Below are positions 9,747 through 17,897 of a stretch of 32,000 bases of DNA, in pieces. The DNA comes from Candidatus Saccharimonadota bacterium. GTDB lineage: Bacteria; Patescibacteriota; Saccharimonadia; Saccharimonadales; UBA4665. The notes below the pieces were generated by a model. That model was not told the DNA's origin and searched no databases. It saw only the letters and a program-made list of their open reading frames with translations. Numbering within the stretch: the stretch's first letter is position 1; each line of letters opens with the position of its first letter. The DNA lies in NCBI GenBank assembly GCA_963716945.1, contig OY970322.1:120001-152000 (forward strand), given 5' to 3'. The translations under genes were made by a program, and so were the position numbers.

Positions 9747-10290
9747 CCAGCTTGCCGTCCACCAGACCGAAATCCCCGGCTTTTACGTCATCGACCTGGT
9801 GTTGCACGGCGACAACCGCGGCTGGTTCAAGGAAAATTACCAGAAAGAGAAGATGGAAGCCTTGGGCCTGCCGAGTTTCGAGGTCGTCCAGAACAACTTC
9901 TCGTTCAACGCCGAGCCGGGCGTCACGCGCGGACTGCACGCCGAGCCGTGGGAGAAGTTCATCTCGGTCGCGAACGGCCGGGTCTTCGGTGCTTGGGTGG
10001 ACTTGCGCAAAGGCGACAGTTTCGGCCAAACCCTGACGCTGGAAATCACGCCCGACAAGGCGGTCTTCGTGCCGCGCGGCGTGGCTAACAGTTACCAGAC
10101 CCTGGAACCGAACATCACTTATACCTACCTGGTCAACGAGCACTGGTCGCCGGACGCCAAATACGCTTCGGTGAGCCTGTTCGACCCGGCGCTGGACATC
10201 AAGTGGCCGATCGCGCGGGACCGGGCTATCGTTTCCGACAAAGACCTGGGCAACCCGCTGCTGGCCGACGTAACGCCGATGGAGTTTTAG
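9739..10290 (+). CDS. rfbC: dTDP-4-dehydrorhamnose 3,5-epimerase
   Basis: 183 aa with cupin-type RmlC motifs DNRGWFKENY and RGLHAEPWEKFISV. The start overlaps the rfbB stop by 8 nt. Confidence 0.93.
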   Translation: MPDQLAVHQTEIPGFYVIDLVLHGDNRGWFKENYQKEKMEALGLPSFEVVQNNFSFNAEPGVTRGLHAEPWEKFISVANGRVFGAWVDLRKGDSFGQTLTLEITPDKAVFVPRGVANSYQTLEPNITYTYLVNEHWSPDAKYASVSLFDPALDIKWPIARDRAIVSDKDLGNPLLADVTPMEF

Positions 10291-10292
10291 CT

Positions 10293-11147
10293 ATGGATGA
10301 TTCGTCAATTTTTATAGTCGGGGCCGGCGGCCAGCTGGGCCAGGCGCTGAAACAAAAATACCCCAACGCCCAAAGCGCCGATATCGATGAAATGGATATC
10401 ACCGACGCCGCTTCGGTCACCGGTTTCGACTGGAGCAAGATCAAGATTATTCTCAACGCGGCGGCTTTCACGAACGTCGACGGCGCCGAGACGGCCGGGG
10501 GCCGGGTGGCCGCTTGGAACGTCAACGCGGCGGCCGTCGGCAACCTGGTGCGGGCGGCGGCCCAGAATGATTTGCTGCTGGTACATATTTCGACGGACTA
10601 CGTCTTTGACGGTACCAAGTCGCCGCACGCCGAAGACGAGCCGTTCAGCCCGCTGAGCGTTTACGGCCAGACCAAAGCCGCCGGTGACATTGTTGCCGGT
10701 TTGCTGCCGAAGTACTACATCCTGCGCACGTCGTGGGTTATCGGCGAAGGCAAGAACTTCGTCCGCACGATGCTGGAAGTGGGCAAGAAAGGCATTAGCC
10801 CGACGGTCGTTGCCGACCAGGTCGGCCGCCTGACTTTCACCAGCGAACTGGTCCGGGCCATCGACCATTTACTGACAAGCCACGCGGCGTACGGTACTTA
10901 TAACGTTAGCAACAGCGGCCCCGCCGCCAGCTGGGCGGATATCACGCGGGCGATTTTCAAAACCGCCGGCCTGGACCTGGCCGTCACCGACACCACGACC
11001 GCCGACTATTACGCCGGCAAAGACGGTATCGCGCCGCGTCCCTTGCAAAGCGAGCTTGACCTGTCCAAGATTCAGGCCACCGGCTTCATCTCGATTGACT
11101 GGCAGGAAGATTTAACGAAATACATAGCCAAGGAGACCCGGACATGA
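10293..11147 (+). CDS. rfbD: dTDP-4-dehydrorhamnose reductase
   Basis: The track ORF begins at 10203, inside rfbC. I trimmed it to ATG 10293, which lies 2 nt after the rfbC stop. This gives the Rossmann start [16 protein letters not shown] and 284 aa, normal for Rml[10 protein letters not shown] is the Y-x3-K motif. Confidence 0.9.
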
Positions 11148-12007
11148 AAGGCATTATCCTGGCCGGCGGTTCCGGCACCCGGCTCTACCCGATTACCAAA
11201 GGCATTTCCAAGCAGATCATGCCGATTTATGACAAGCCGATGATCTATTACCCGCTCAGCACGCTGCTGCAGGCCGGTATCCGGGACATCCTGATTATCA
11301 CGACGCCGGACGACCAGCCGCAGTTCCAGCGCCTGCTCGGCGACGGCGCCGGCCTCGGTATCAACCTCCGGTACGCCGCCCAGCCCTCGCCCGACGGCCT
11401 GGCCCAGGCGTTCATTATCGGCGAAGAGTTCATCGGCCGGGACAAAGTGGCGCTGATCCTCGGCGACAATATTTTCTACGGCGAAGCCTTCGGCCACACG
11501 CTCCAGAAGTGTTCGGACCCCGACGGCGGTATCGTTTTCGCCTATAAGGTCGCCGACCCCGAGCGTTACGGCGTCGTCGAATTCGACGACGACCACCATG
11601 CCGTTTCCATCGAAGAGAAACCGAGCCGGCCGAAGTCGGACTACGCCGTTGTCGGCCTCTACTTCTACGACAACGAGGTTATCGACATCGCCAAAAACAT
11701 CCGGCCGTCCGACCGCGGCGAACTGGAAATCACCAGCGTCAACGAAGAATACCTGAAGCGTGGCAAACTCAAAGTCCAGACCATGAGCCGCGGCTCGGCC
11801 TGGCTCGACACCGGCACTTTCGAATCGATGAACGATGCTAGCGAATACATTCGCGTCATCGAGAAACGCACCGGCCTGAAGATCGGCTGCATCGAAGAGG
11901 TCGCCTACCACCAGGGTTTCATCGACAAGGCCCAGCTCCAGATAATCGCCGACCCGCTCGTCAAAAGCGGCTACGGCAAATACCTGCTAGGCATCATCAA
12001 CGGCTGA
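11144..12007 (+). CDS. rfbA: Glucose-1-phosphate thymidylyltransferase
   Basis: 287 aa. [36 protein letters not shown] is the classic RmlA N-terminus. It overlaps rfbD by ATGA. Confidence 0.96.
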
Positions 12008-12008
12008 T

Positions 12009-12437
12009 ATGAAAAAAACTTCGGCCCTGGTCATATACCTGTACAACCATCATTTCGTCCGCTACCTGTTCGTTGGCGGTTCGACTTTCGTGATCGACTT
12101 CGGCTTGCTGTTCGCGCTGCACGGCAAAGCCCATGTCAATCTGGCTATCGCCACATCGCTGGCTTATTGGATATCGATCGCCTACAACTTTTCGCTAAAC
12201 CGCCACTGGACTTTCAGCCAGCGTGACAAGTCCGACCTCCGCCGGCACCTGTCGACTTACCTGGTACTGCTGGGTTTCAACTACCTTTTCACCGTCATCT
12301 TCATCGACCTGGTCAGCCACCACATTAATTACCTGGCCGCCAAGGCGATTGCCGTCCTTATATCAATGTCCTGGACTTACTTCGTCTACAAGAACTACAT
12401 CTTCACCGGTAAACAGCCTGAAACTACGGCGGCCTAG
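12009..12437 (+). CDS. GtrA-family small membrane protein (putative polyprenol-phosphate-sugar translocation/accessory protein)
   Basis: 142 aa with about 4 hydrophobic helices. FVRYLFVGGSTFVIDFGLLFAL and NRHWTF are typical of the GtrA family. It starts 1 nt after the rfbA stop. Confidence 0.8.
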   Translation: MKKTSALVIYLYNHHFVRYLFVGGSTFVIDFGLLFALHGKAHVNLAIATSLAYWISIAYNFSLNRHWTFSQRDKSDLRRHLSTYLVLLGFNYLFTVIFIDLVSHHINYLAAKAIAVLISMSWTYFVYKNYIFTGKQPETTAA

Positions 12438-12442
12438 GCCGC
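12429..12442. repeat. 14-bp perfect palindrome GCGGCCTAGGCCGC centred on the overlapping stop codons of two convergent genes
   Basis: Read directly from the sequence. TAG (12435-12437) ends the GtrA-like gene, and CTA (12434-12436, complement TAG) ends the DUF218-like gene. Confidence 0.9.
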
Positions 12443-13219
12443 TTTAGCTTCCAGCTCGGCGTTACGCCTGATTTGTTGCCGCAGCTGGGCTACTTTCTTG
12501 CGGGCCGTAGTATCTTCCAGGGCCGGCTCGCCGTCCGGCTTCTCGATAACGTCAACTATGCGCGGGCCGCCGCCGATGACAGGTACTTTCATTAAGAAGT
12601 TAATCAGCTGGCCTTTCGGCAAGTGAATGCCGTCCGTCAGTTTGCGGGCCCGCTCTTCGCTGGCTTGCAAGCCGTCGATTACCGGCAGGTACTTATCATA
12701 TTCGCGGACGCCGGCCTCGTGCAGTACCGACTCAACGGTTACGAAATCAGGCGCCAGGCCAAAGGCCCTAAGCGCCCGTTCGACTCTTTCCCGGTGATAA
12801 CGCAGCGGCATCACCAGCGCTCCCTCGTCGTTCCGGTTATCAAAGTACTCGGTGACAGCCTGCGACTGGAGATAGGTATTGTCCAAGCCCCGGCCGGAAC
12901 GGCCGACCTGGTAGAGCCTTACAAGGTCTTCTTCCTCGATGCCGGCTGCCAGGGCCATATCGGCCATGTGGTCGGTCGTATTAGTCAAACCTTCCTTGAG
13001 GAACGGCGATTCGCCGGGAATAACGATTTTTGCCTGCGGGTGTTCGGCTTGAAGGAGTATGGCCGCCCGGATCGACATCTCCGACATAACGCTCAAATGC
13101 GATTCAAGCTGGTTGTCCGGACCTATCCGCACATTGGTGCTATAGGGGTAAGGCACGATGTCGGTGACAGGCCGGGTCGGGTCAAAAGCCTGCTCACCGG
13201 TTAAAACTACGGCTCTCAT
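12434..13219 (-). CDS. DUF218 (YdcF/SanA/ElyC-like) domain protein with a charged C-terminal tail
   Basis: 261 aa. MADMALAAGIEEEDLVRLYQVGRSGRGLDNTYLQSQAV and LVMPLRYHRERVERALRAFGL resemble the DUF218 core. The family call rests on motif recollection only. Confidence 0.5.
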   Translation of the reverse strand: MRAVVLTGEQAFDPTRPVTDIVPYPYSTNVRIGPDNQLESHLSVMSEMSIRAAILLQAEHPQAKIVIPGESPFLKEGLTNTTDHMADMALAAGIEEEDLVRLYQVGRSGRGLDNTYLQSQAVTEYFDNRNDEGALVMPLRYHRERVERALRAFGLAPDFVTVESVLHEAGVREYDKYLPVIDGLQASEERARKLTDGIHLPKGQLINFLMKVPVIGGGPRIVDVIEKPDGEPALEDTTARKKVAQLRQQIRRNAELEAKAA

Positions 13220-13229
13220 AACACCGCTA

Positions 13230-13258
13230 ATTATAATATTTATTGATACTTAAGTCAA
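13230..13258 (-). promoter_or_regulatory. Near-consensus sigma70 promoter TTGACT-17 nt-TATAAT, with the -10 ending 10 nt before ATG 13219
   Basis: The minus strand reads ccTTGACTtaagtatcaataaatatTATAATtagcggtgttATG. No Shine-Dalgarno sequence is present, so the predicted leader is only about 3 nt. Confidence 0.6.
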
Positions 13259-13262
13259 GGGC

Positions 13263-13991
13263 TCAACCCTGTTTGTTGCGCGGGCCGAGGGCGTAGAAAT
13301 ACCAGCGCAGGTACGACGGCAGCCAAGCCCAAAGCCGGAAGTTGGCGTCGCCGGCCGTGCGGTCGCGCCAGGTCGTCGGCAGTTCGACGATCCGGCGTTT
13401 CTGGCGGAAAGCCTTGACGGTGATTTCCATGGCGATTTCGAAGCCGCCCTGGCTTTCGATAGTTATCGAGTCGAGCAAGGCTTTGTCATAGAGCTTGAAA
13501 TTATTGGTCACGTCATGCGTCGGCACCCGCCGCACGTAGAACAGCGAAACGCCGGCCAGCCGCGACAAAGTCCGCTTCAGGAACGGCCCGCCCAGCTGCC
13601 GGCCGCCCTTCATGTAGCGGCTGCCGCAAACGACCGCGGCGCCCTCGAGATATTTGGCGTACATATCGTCGACCATTGATAAGTCGTCGGCCAGGTCGGC
13701 CATGATAATCAGGACCGGGCCCGACTTGACGTAGTCGAAACCGCTGCGCAGCGCGTTCAGCGCGCCTTTGCCGATGGTGTTCTTGAGAAGCTTGAGCGAC
13801 TTGTCTTGCTTGGCGTACCGCTTGGCGACCGGCACGGTGTTGTCTTTGTCGAAGTCGTAAACCACGACCAGTTCGTGCGGCGTCTTGATGTGCTTTTTGA
13901 CGGCTTTGTACAAAGCCGGGAAGTTGTCTGCTTCGTTGTAAACCGGCGTAATTATGTGGAGGAGCGGCCTAGCCTTGCTAGATGTTGCCAT
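13263..13991 (-). CDS. GT2 polyprenol-phosphate glycosyltransferase (DPM1/GtrB/ArnC-like)
   Basis: 242 aa. It has the GT-A N-terminus HIITPVYNEADNF, an acidic MADLADD motif and a C-terminal amphipathic/hydrophobic tail (WAWLPSYLRWYFYAL). It overlaps the upstream gene by 14 nt. Confidence 0.8.
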   Translation of the reverse strand: MATSSKARPLLHIITPVYNEADNFPALYKAVKKHIKTPHELVVVYDFDKDNTVPVAKRYAKQDKSLKLLKNTIGKGALNALRSGFDYVKSGPVLIIMADLADDLSMVDDMYAKYLEGAAVVCGSRYMKGGRQLGGPFLKRTLSRLAGVSLFYVRRVPTHDVTNNFKLYDKALLDSITIESQGGFEIAMEITVKAFRQKRRIVELPTTWRDRTAGDANFRLWAWLPSYLRWYFYALGPRNKQG

Positions 13992-14997
13992 GCTCGACTT
14001 GTTCTTTGATCCAGGGGATGACTTCGTCGAGCATTTCGTCCAGTGATGTCGTCGCTTCGTAGCCGAGGATTTCTTTGGCCTTGGTGGTGTCGGGGATACG
14101 CTTCTGGACGTCGTGCTCGAACGGCTTGTCGGATGTGACCTTGAACGGTTTGTCGCCGTTGAGCTTGCCCCAGATAATCTCGGCCAATTCCATGACGGTG
14201 GTCGATTGGGCGGTCGAGATATTGAAATCGTTGTTGAGGGCTTCTTCCTTCTCGATGCACAGCCGGATGCCGCGCGCCAAGTCGCCGCCGTAGGTATAGT
14301 GGCGGACCTGGTTGCCTTCGCCGAGGATGTGCAGCGGGTCCTGGCCCTTAACGATCTTCTGGACCAGGTCGGGCACGACGTGGCTCATCGCCAGCTTGAC
14401 GTTACCCGAGTAAACGTCCTTGTCGCTCAGCGCGCGCTTCTCGCCGATGCCGACGCAGTTGAACGGCCGGATAATCGTGTAAGGCAGCTTGTGCTGTTCC
14501 CAGCCGCCGCGGGCGAAATATTCGCAAGCCAGCTTCTGGAAACCGTAGGTCGAAATCGGCGGCGGCGAGGTCTCGATCGCCGTCTCGGGCGTCGGGAACT
14601 GGTCGGTCGACTCGTAGACCATCGACGACGACATGACAACGATCTTCTTGAGCTTCTTCTCCTTGAACGCCCAAATGGCGGCGTCGAAAGCCGAAGCCGT
14701 GATCCGTTCGTTCTCGGCCATCAGCTCGTAAGCGTACTCGTGGAAGTAGGATATACCGCCGATCATGGCGGCGCCCGAGACGATGATGTCGGCGTCTTCG
14801 GCGGCCTTTTTCATCAGCTCGACGTCTTTGGCGTCGCCTTCGATGAAGGTGTACTTGGGGTGCTTGTCGTAGCTTTTCTCGAGCTTGCCGTATTTGGAGT
14901 AGTTGTCGATACCGACGACCTCATGGCCGTGGTTCAACAGTTCCTCGATGGTGTAGCCGGCGATGAAGCCGGCGGCGCCCGTCCAAACGATTTTCAT
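13978..14997 (-). CDS. NAD-dependent epimerase/dehydratase (extended SDR; possibly a UDP-uronate decarboxylase-type enzyme)
   Basis: The track ORF starts at 15030. I prefer ATG 14997, which gives the Rossmann start MKIVWTGAAGFIAG. A GGAGG (complement of 15007-15011) sits 9 nt upstream of it. The start also forms a TAATG stop/start overlap with the dehydrogenase gene. The catalytic motif is STYGFQKLACE (Y-x3-K). Confidence 0.85.
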   Translation of the reverse strand: MKIVWTGAAGFIAGYTIEELLNHGHEVVGIDNYSKYGKLEKSYDKHPKYTFIEGDAKDVELMKKAAEDADIIVSGAAMIGGISYFHEYAYELMAENERITASAFDAAIWAFKEKKLKKIVVMSSSMVYESTDQFPTPETAIETSPPPISTYGFQKLACEYFARGGWEQHKLPYTIIRPFNCVGIGEKRALSDKDVYSGNVKLAMSHVVPDLVQKIVKGQDPLHILGEGNQVRHYTYGGDLARGIRLCIEKEEALNNDFNISTAQSTTVMELAEIIWGKLNGDKPFKVTSDKPFEHDVQKRIPDTTKAKEILGYEATTSLDEMLDEVIPWIKEQVEHGNI

Positions 14998-16190
14998 TAT
15001 ACTAAGCCTCCCTTTCCATAGAAGTTCCACATATCAATTACTACCTTACCATCCCAGTCTTCTTCCGCATAGACGGTGTGCGGCGTGGCCAGGACGACGA
15101 TGTCGGCCTTTTTCTTAATCTCGTCCAGCGGCACGAAACGCGGGTCCTTGATGTAAGGGTCGTTGCACAGCACGGTGTCGGCTTCGACTTCCAGCTTTTT
15201 CTTGAGCTTGTAGGACAGGCTTTCGCGCGGGTCGTCATTGTTGCCCTTGAAAGCCATGCCGAGGATGCCGACGGTCTTCTTGGTCAGGTCATGCTTGTTC
15301 TTCATGGCGGCGATGATGAAGTCCGGCAGGCCCTCGTTGACCAGCATGGCCGAGTGGCCCAGGAAGAAGTTGTTGCCGCTGAAAGCCGATAGCTGCATGG
15401 TGTCCTTGAACAGGCAGGGACCGGCCGCCAGGCCGGCTTTGGCAAAGGCCTTGAGCCGCGGGTAATCCTGCGTCATGGCATCGTAAATGTTATAGAAATC
15501 ATGGCCGCTGGCATTGGAAATCATGTAGAACTGGTTGGAAATCGCGAAGTTGATGTAGCGCCAGGTGTTAGTGAAGAGTTTGGCCAGTTCGGCCTCGACG
15601 GTTTTGGTAACGATGACTTTCTTCGTCAGGATCTTGAAAAGCGCCGTCGCCCGCTTGGTGGCTTCGGGCGTGCAGCCGGCCACGATTTGCGGCAGTTCGT
15701 ACAATTCGGTCAGGGCGTGGCCCTCGATGATGCGTTCCGGGCAGAAAGCCACCAGCGTCTTTTTGCCCTGCTTGTCAAGGTAGTGCTTGACCTTGTCGGT
15801 GACGCCGGGATAGAGGGTGCTGCGCATGACCAGCAGCTGGTCGTCATGCAGCTGGTCCTGGATTTGCTTGATGGCGTTGATAATGTCGTCGACCTTGGGG
15901 TTGAGGTGCTCGTCGACCGGCGTGCCGATGACCAATACCACGGTCTTGGAGTTACCGATAACGTCGGGGTCGTTGGTAGCCAGCAGCTTCTTGCTCTTGA
16001 GAACCCGTTTCAGGACCGGTTCGGCGCCGTTTTCCTTGAACGGCACGACGCCGTTGTTAACCTTAGCGATTACCACCTCGTTAATGTCGTACAAAGCCAC
16101 GTCCTTGCCCTGGTCGGCGAAAGCCATACCCAGCGGCAGCCCGACGTGCCCGCACCCGCCGACTATACAAATATCAAAGCTCTGTGGCAC
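14997..16190 (-). CDS. Nucleotide-sugar dehydrogenase (UDP-glucose/GDP-mannose dehydrogenase family)
   Basis: 397 aa. The GTG start at 16190 has GAGGG 7 nt upstream. Motifs are the Rossmann ICIVGGCGHVGLPLG, the catalytic Cys context AAGPCLFKDT, and the C-terminal domain GILGMAFKGNNDDPRES. Confidence 0.88.
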   Translation of the reverse strand: MPQSFDICIVGGCGHVGLPLGMAFADQGKDVALYDINEVVIAKVNNGVVPFKENGAEPVLKRVLKSKKLLATNDPDVIGNSKTVVLVIGTPVDEHLNPKVDDIINAIKQIQDQLHDDQLLVMRSTLYPGVTDKVKHYLDKQGKKTLVAFCPERIIEGHALTELYELPQIVAGCTPEATKRATALFKILTKKVIVTKTVEAELAKLFTNTWRYINFAISNQFYMISNASGHDFYNIYDAMTQDYPRLKAFAKAGLAAGPCLFKDTMQLSAFSGNNFFLGHSAMLVNEGLPDFIIAAMKNKHDLTKKTVGILGMAFKGNNDDPRESLSYKLKKKLEVEADTVLCNDPYIKDPRFVPLDEIKKKADIVVLATPHTVYAEEDWDGKVVIDMWNFYGKGGLV

Positions 16191-16287
16191 TTTTTAACCC
16201 TCGATTTAGTTTATTGTCCTTAAATTCTAACATGGCCGCCGGCCCGGCCCCTACTGCTGGGCGTCTCTGTTGTGATTAAGACAAGGC

Positions 16288-17592
16288 CTAGTAGCCGCCC
16301 CAGCGGATCGATTTGGCGTATTGGACGCGCGGCGCCACGACCAGCGTGTTCGGGTAGAGGCCCGATAGGCAGGCCGCGTCCGGGTCGGCCGCCCGGCTGC
16401 AGCTGCGGGCGGCGGTCAGTTTGCGGTACTGGTTGCCGGCGGCCCGGACGCCCCAGCCGGCTTCGACCAGCAGCAGACAGACCAGGGTTAGCGTTAAAGC
16501 CGGGAAGGCCGCCTTATGCTTGTCGCGGATGAGCTTTTCCAGCAGCGGCCGGTTCTGCCGGCAGATCATAATAACGCTTGCTAGGAGTAACGAGGAGATG
16601 GTCGTGTAGCGGCTGGAATAGGCTTCGCTGACGCCGAAGCCGAGCCGGGCCAAGCCGGTAATTAGCGAACTGCCGATGGCGTAGAGGCCGAGCGCGACCC
16701 AGGGCAACGCCTTGTCAAAAGCGGTCCGGTGCCGGACCAAAAGGTAGACGCTTAGCGACACGAAGACCGCCAGCAGCAAGCCGCCGAAAGCCATGGCCGG
16801 CTTGTGGTAGAAGCTTAGGGGCCGGCCGAGATAGCCCAGCACGTATTCGGCGAATTGCAGAGGCCTGTGGGCGGCCAGCGTTTTGGACGGCTCGCCGGCG
16901 GCCGTGTAATGGAAGTAATACAAAAACGTAGTAGCCAACCCCGTCAGCGCGACCAGAGCCGTGGCCTCGATCCGGACCCTTATATATAAGAGCGCCGCTA
17001 TAGCAATCGGCCATAGCAAGGTGCCGTTGCCCAGCGAGTATTGCGCCAGTATGCCGCCGCCGATAATCAGTGCCAGGTCCGGCCACGCTATCCGGCGCTC
17101 TCTTATCCGGGCCAGCCCGAAAACGGCCAGCACCACGCCCAGCACGTTCATGAACCACTCCAGCTGCCAGCCCCACAGCCAGTTTTCGACCTGAACCGGC
17201 GAGAACCATAGCAGTGCCAGCAGGAACAGCAGGGCCGTCTCACGCTTAAGGTCGAGGCTTCGGGCAATGACTTTTCTAAGCAGCACGAACGAACCGGCCG
17301 CTACGACCAGGCCGGCGAAACATTCTATCTGGAGATTCCAATGGGTAAGGTAGGCCAAGCCGGTGAGCGCCAGTGTCGGGAAAAACAGCCGGTGCTCGTT
17401 ATGCTGGCGCCAGAAATCCGACCACAGGAAATGGCCGGCGTGCAGGTGCTGGAAGATCGGCACCAGCTCCCACTCGTCCCAGAACGGCACGTTGACGCTG
17501 CGGGCGTAAACCAGGACCGCCAAAAACAGCAGCGGCAGCCAGACCAGGCCGGATCGATATTTTTGCGGAAGGCCGGAGACGGCTTGTTTCAT
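16288..17592 (-). CDS. Polytopic membrane protein, putative GT-C-type (polyprenol-phosphate-sugar dependent) glycosyltransferase
   Basis: 434 aa with about 11-12 hydrophobic segments and no soluble domain. The acidic first loop VNVPFWDEWELVP sits where GT-C enzymes carry their catalytic D/E motif. The functional call is an inference. Confidence 0.45.
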   Translation of the reverse strand: MKQAVSGLPQKYRSGLVWLPLLFLAVLVYARSVNVPFWDEWELVPIFQHLHAGHFLWSDFWRQHNEHRLFFPTLALTGLAYLTHWNLQIECFAGLVVAAGSFVLLRKVIARSLDLKRETALLFLLALLWFSPVQVENWLWGWQLEWFMNVLGVVLAVFGLARIRERRIAWPDLALIIGGGILAQYSLGNGTLLWPIAIAALLYIRVRIEATALVALTGLATTFLYYFHYTAAGEPSKTLAAHRPLQFAEYVLGYLGRPLSFYHKPAMAFGGLLLAVFVSLSVYLLVRHRTAFDKALPWVALGLYAIGSSLITGLARLGFGVSEAYSSRYTTISSLLLASVIMICRQNRPLLEKLIRDKHKAAFPALTLTLVCLLLVEAGWGVRAAGNQYRKLTAARSCSRAADPDAACLSGLYPNTLVVAPRVQYAKSIRWGGY

Positions 17593-17710
17593 TCGTGTTC
17601 TCGTTGGCAGTTAAACGGAACCGTGCGCTTACATGACTTATTCTAGCCTAATTTTTTGAGCCGCAAAGCGTTTATTCTTATCTTGTAAACAGAGGTAACC
17701 AATAGCAAGA

Positions 17711-17739
17711 TTGACAACTAGAAATTCTGGGCGGATAAT
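17711..17739 (+). promoter_or_regulatory. Near-consensus sigma70 promoter for the leader-tRNA unit
   Basis: TTGACA (17711-17716), a 17-nt spacer, then GATAAT (17734-17739). The predicted +1 is at or near G17746. Confidence 0.65.
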
Positions 17740-17745
17740 AATTTT

Positions 17746-17897
17746 GTAACTTCGCTCACAAGGAGTTTGAACCTTGGGCCTGGACAGCCTTAATCCAGTA
17801 GTAGCACCCAAACCTCCGCATTTAATGGGAGGCGTGGTTGTCCAAAAGCTACTACGCCACGTCTACCATTAGGTGCGGATTTTTGTACCTAAGTTAC
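17746..17897 (+). ncRNA. Structured ~150-nt 5' leader / unclassified RNA domain fused to the tRNA
   Basis: - P1: GTAACTT (17746-17752) pairs with AAGTTAC (17891-17897), directly abutting tRNA position 1.
- Hairpin CAAGG/CCTTG spans 17759-17776.
- Hairpin CTGGA/TCCAG spans 17780-17798.
- A long helix pairs 17816-17837 with 17857-17878: 13 bp plus 7 bp, separated by one A-T pair and one G/A mismatch.
- A 7-bp perfect pseudoknot joins linker TAGTAGC (17799-17805) to loop GCTACTA (17848-17854).

I recognised no known RNA family. Confidence 0.5.

Noticed and set aside
10203-10292. A 30-codon N-terminal extension of rfbD given in the track (MADRAGPGYRF...).
   Set aside because: It lies entirely inside rfbC in another frame. 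ATG 10293 gives the canonical Rossmann N-terminus and a 2-nt intergenic gap.
11072-11911. Track ORF 11072..11911 (-, 279 aa).
   Set aside because: It is antisense to rfbA and is a shadow ORF.
14998-15030. An 11-codon N-terminal extension of the SDR gene (MELLWKGRLSI).
   Set aside because: It would overlap the dehydrogenase 3' end by 34 nt. The internal ATG 14997 has GGAGG at ideal spacing and starts exactly at the Rossmann motif.
14113-16223. Track ORFs 14113..15021 (+, 302 aa) and 15501..16223 (+, 240 aa).
   Set aside because: They are antisense to the SDR and dehydrogenase genes. Their composition is Arg/Gly/Val/Asp-rich and they have no motifs.
16272-17209. Track ORFs 16272..16532 (+), 16715..17209 (-) and 16961..17194 (+).
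   Set aside because: They are alternative frames within the 434-aa membrane protein gene. They are Arg/Pro/Gly-rich and lack any hydrophobic periodicity.
17774-17872. A 32-codon upstream ORF (TTG start, AAGGAG 8 nt upstream) inside the leader, considered as a possible leader peptide.
   Set aside because: Both the Shine-Dalgarno sequence and the TTG are buried in the CAAGG/CCTTG hairpin. The frame simply spans the helices and ends inside the long stem. The start is non-ATG and nothing suggests coding selection. It cannot be fully excluded without ribosome profiling or comparative data.
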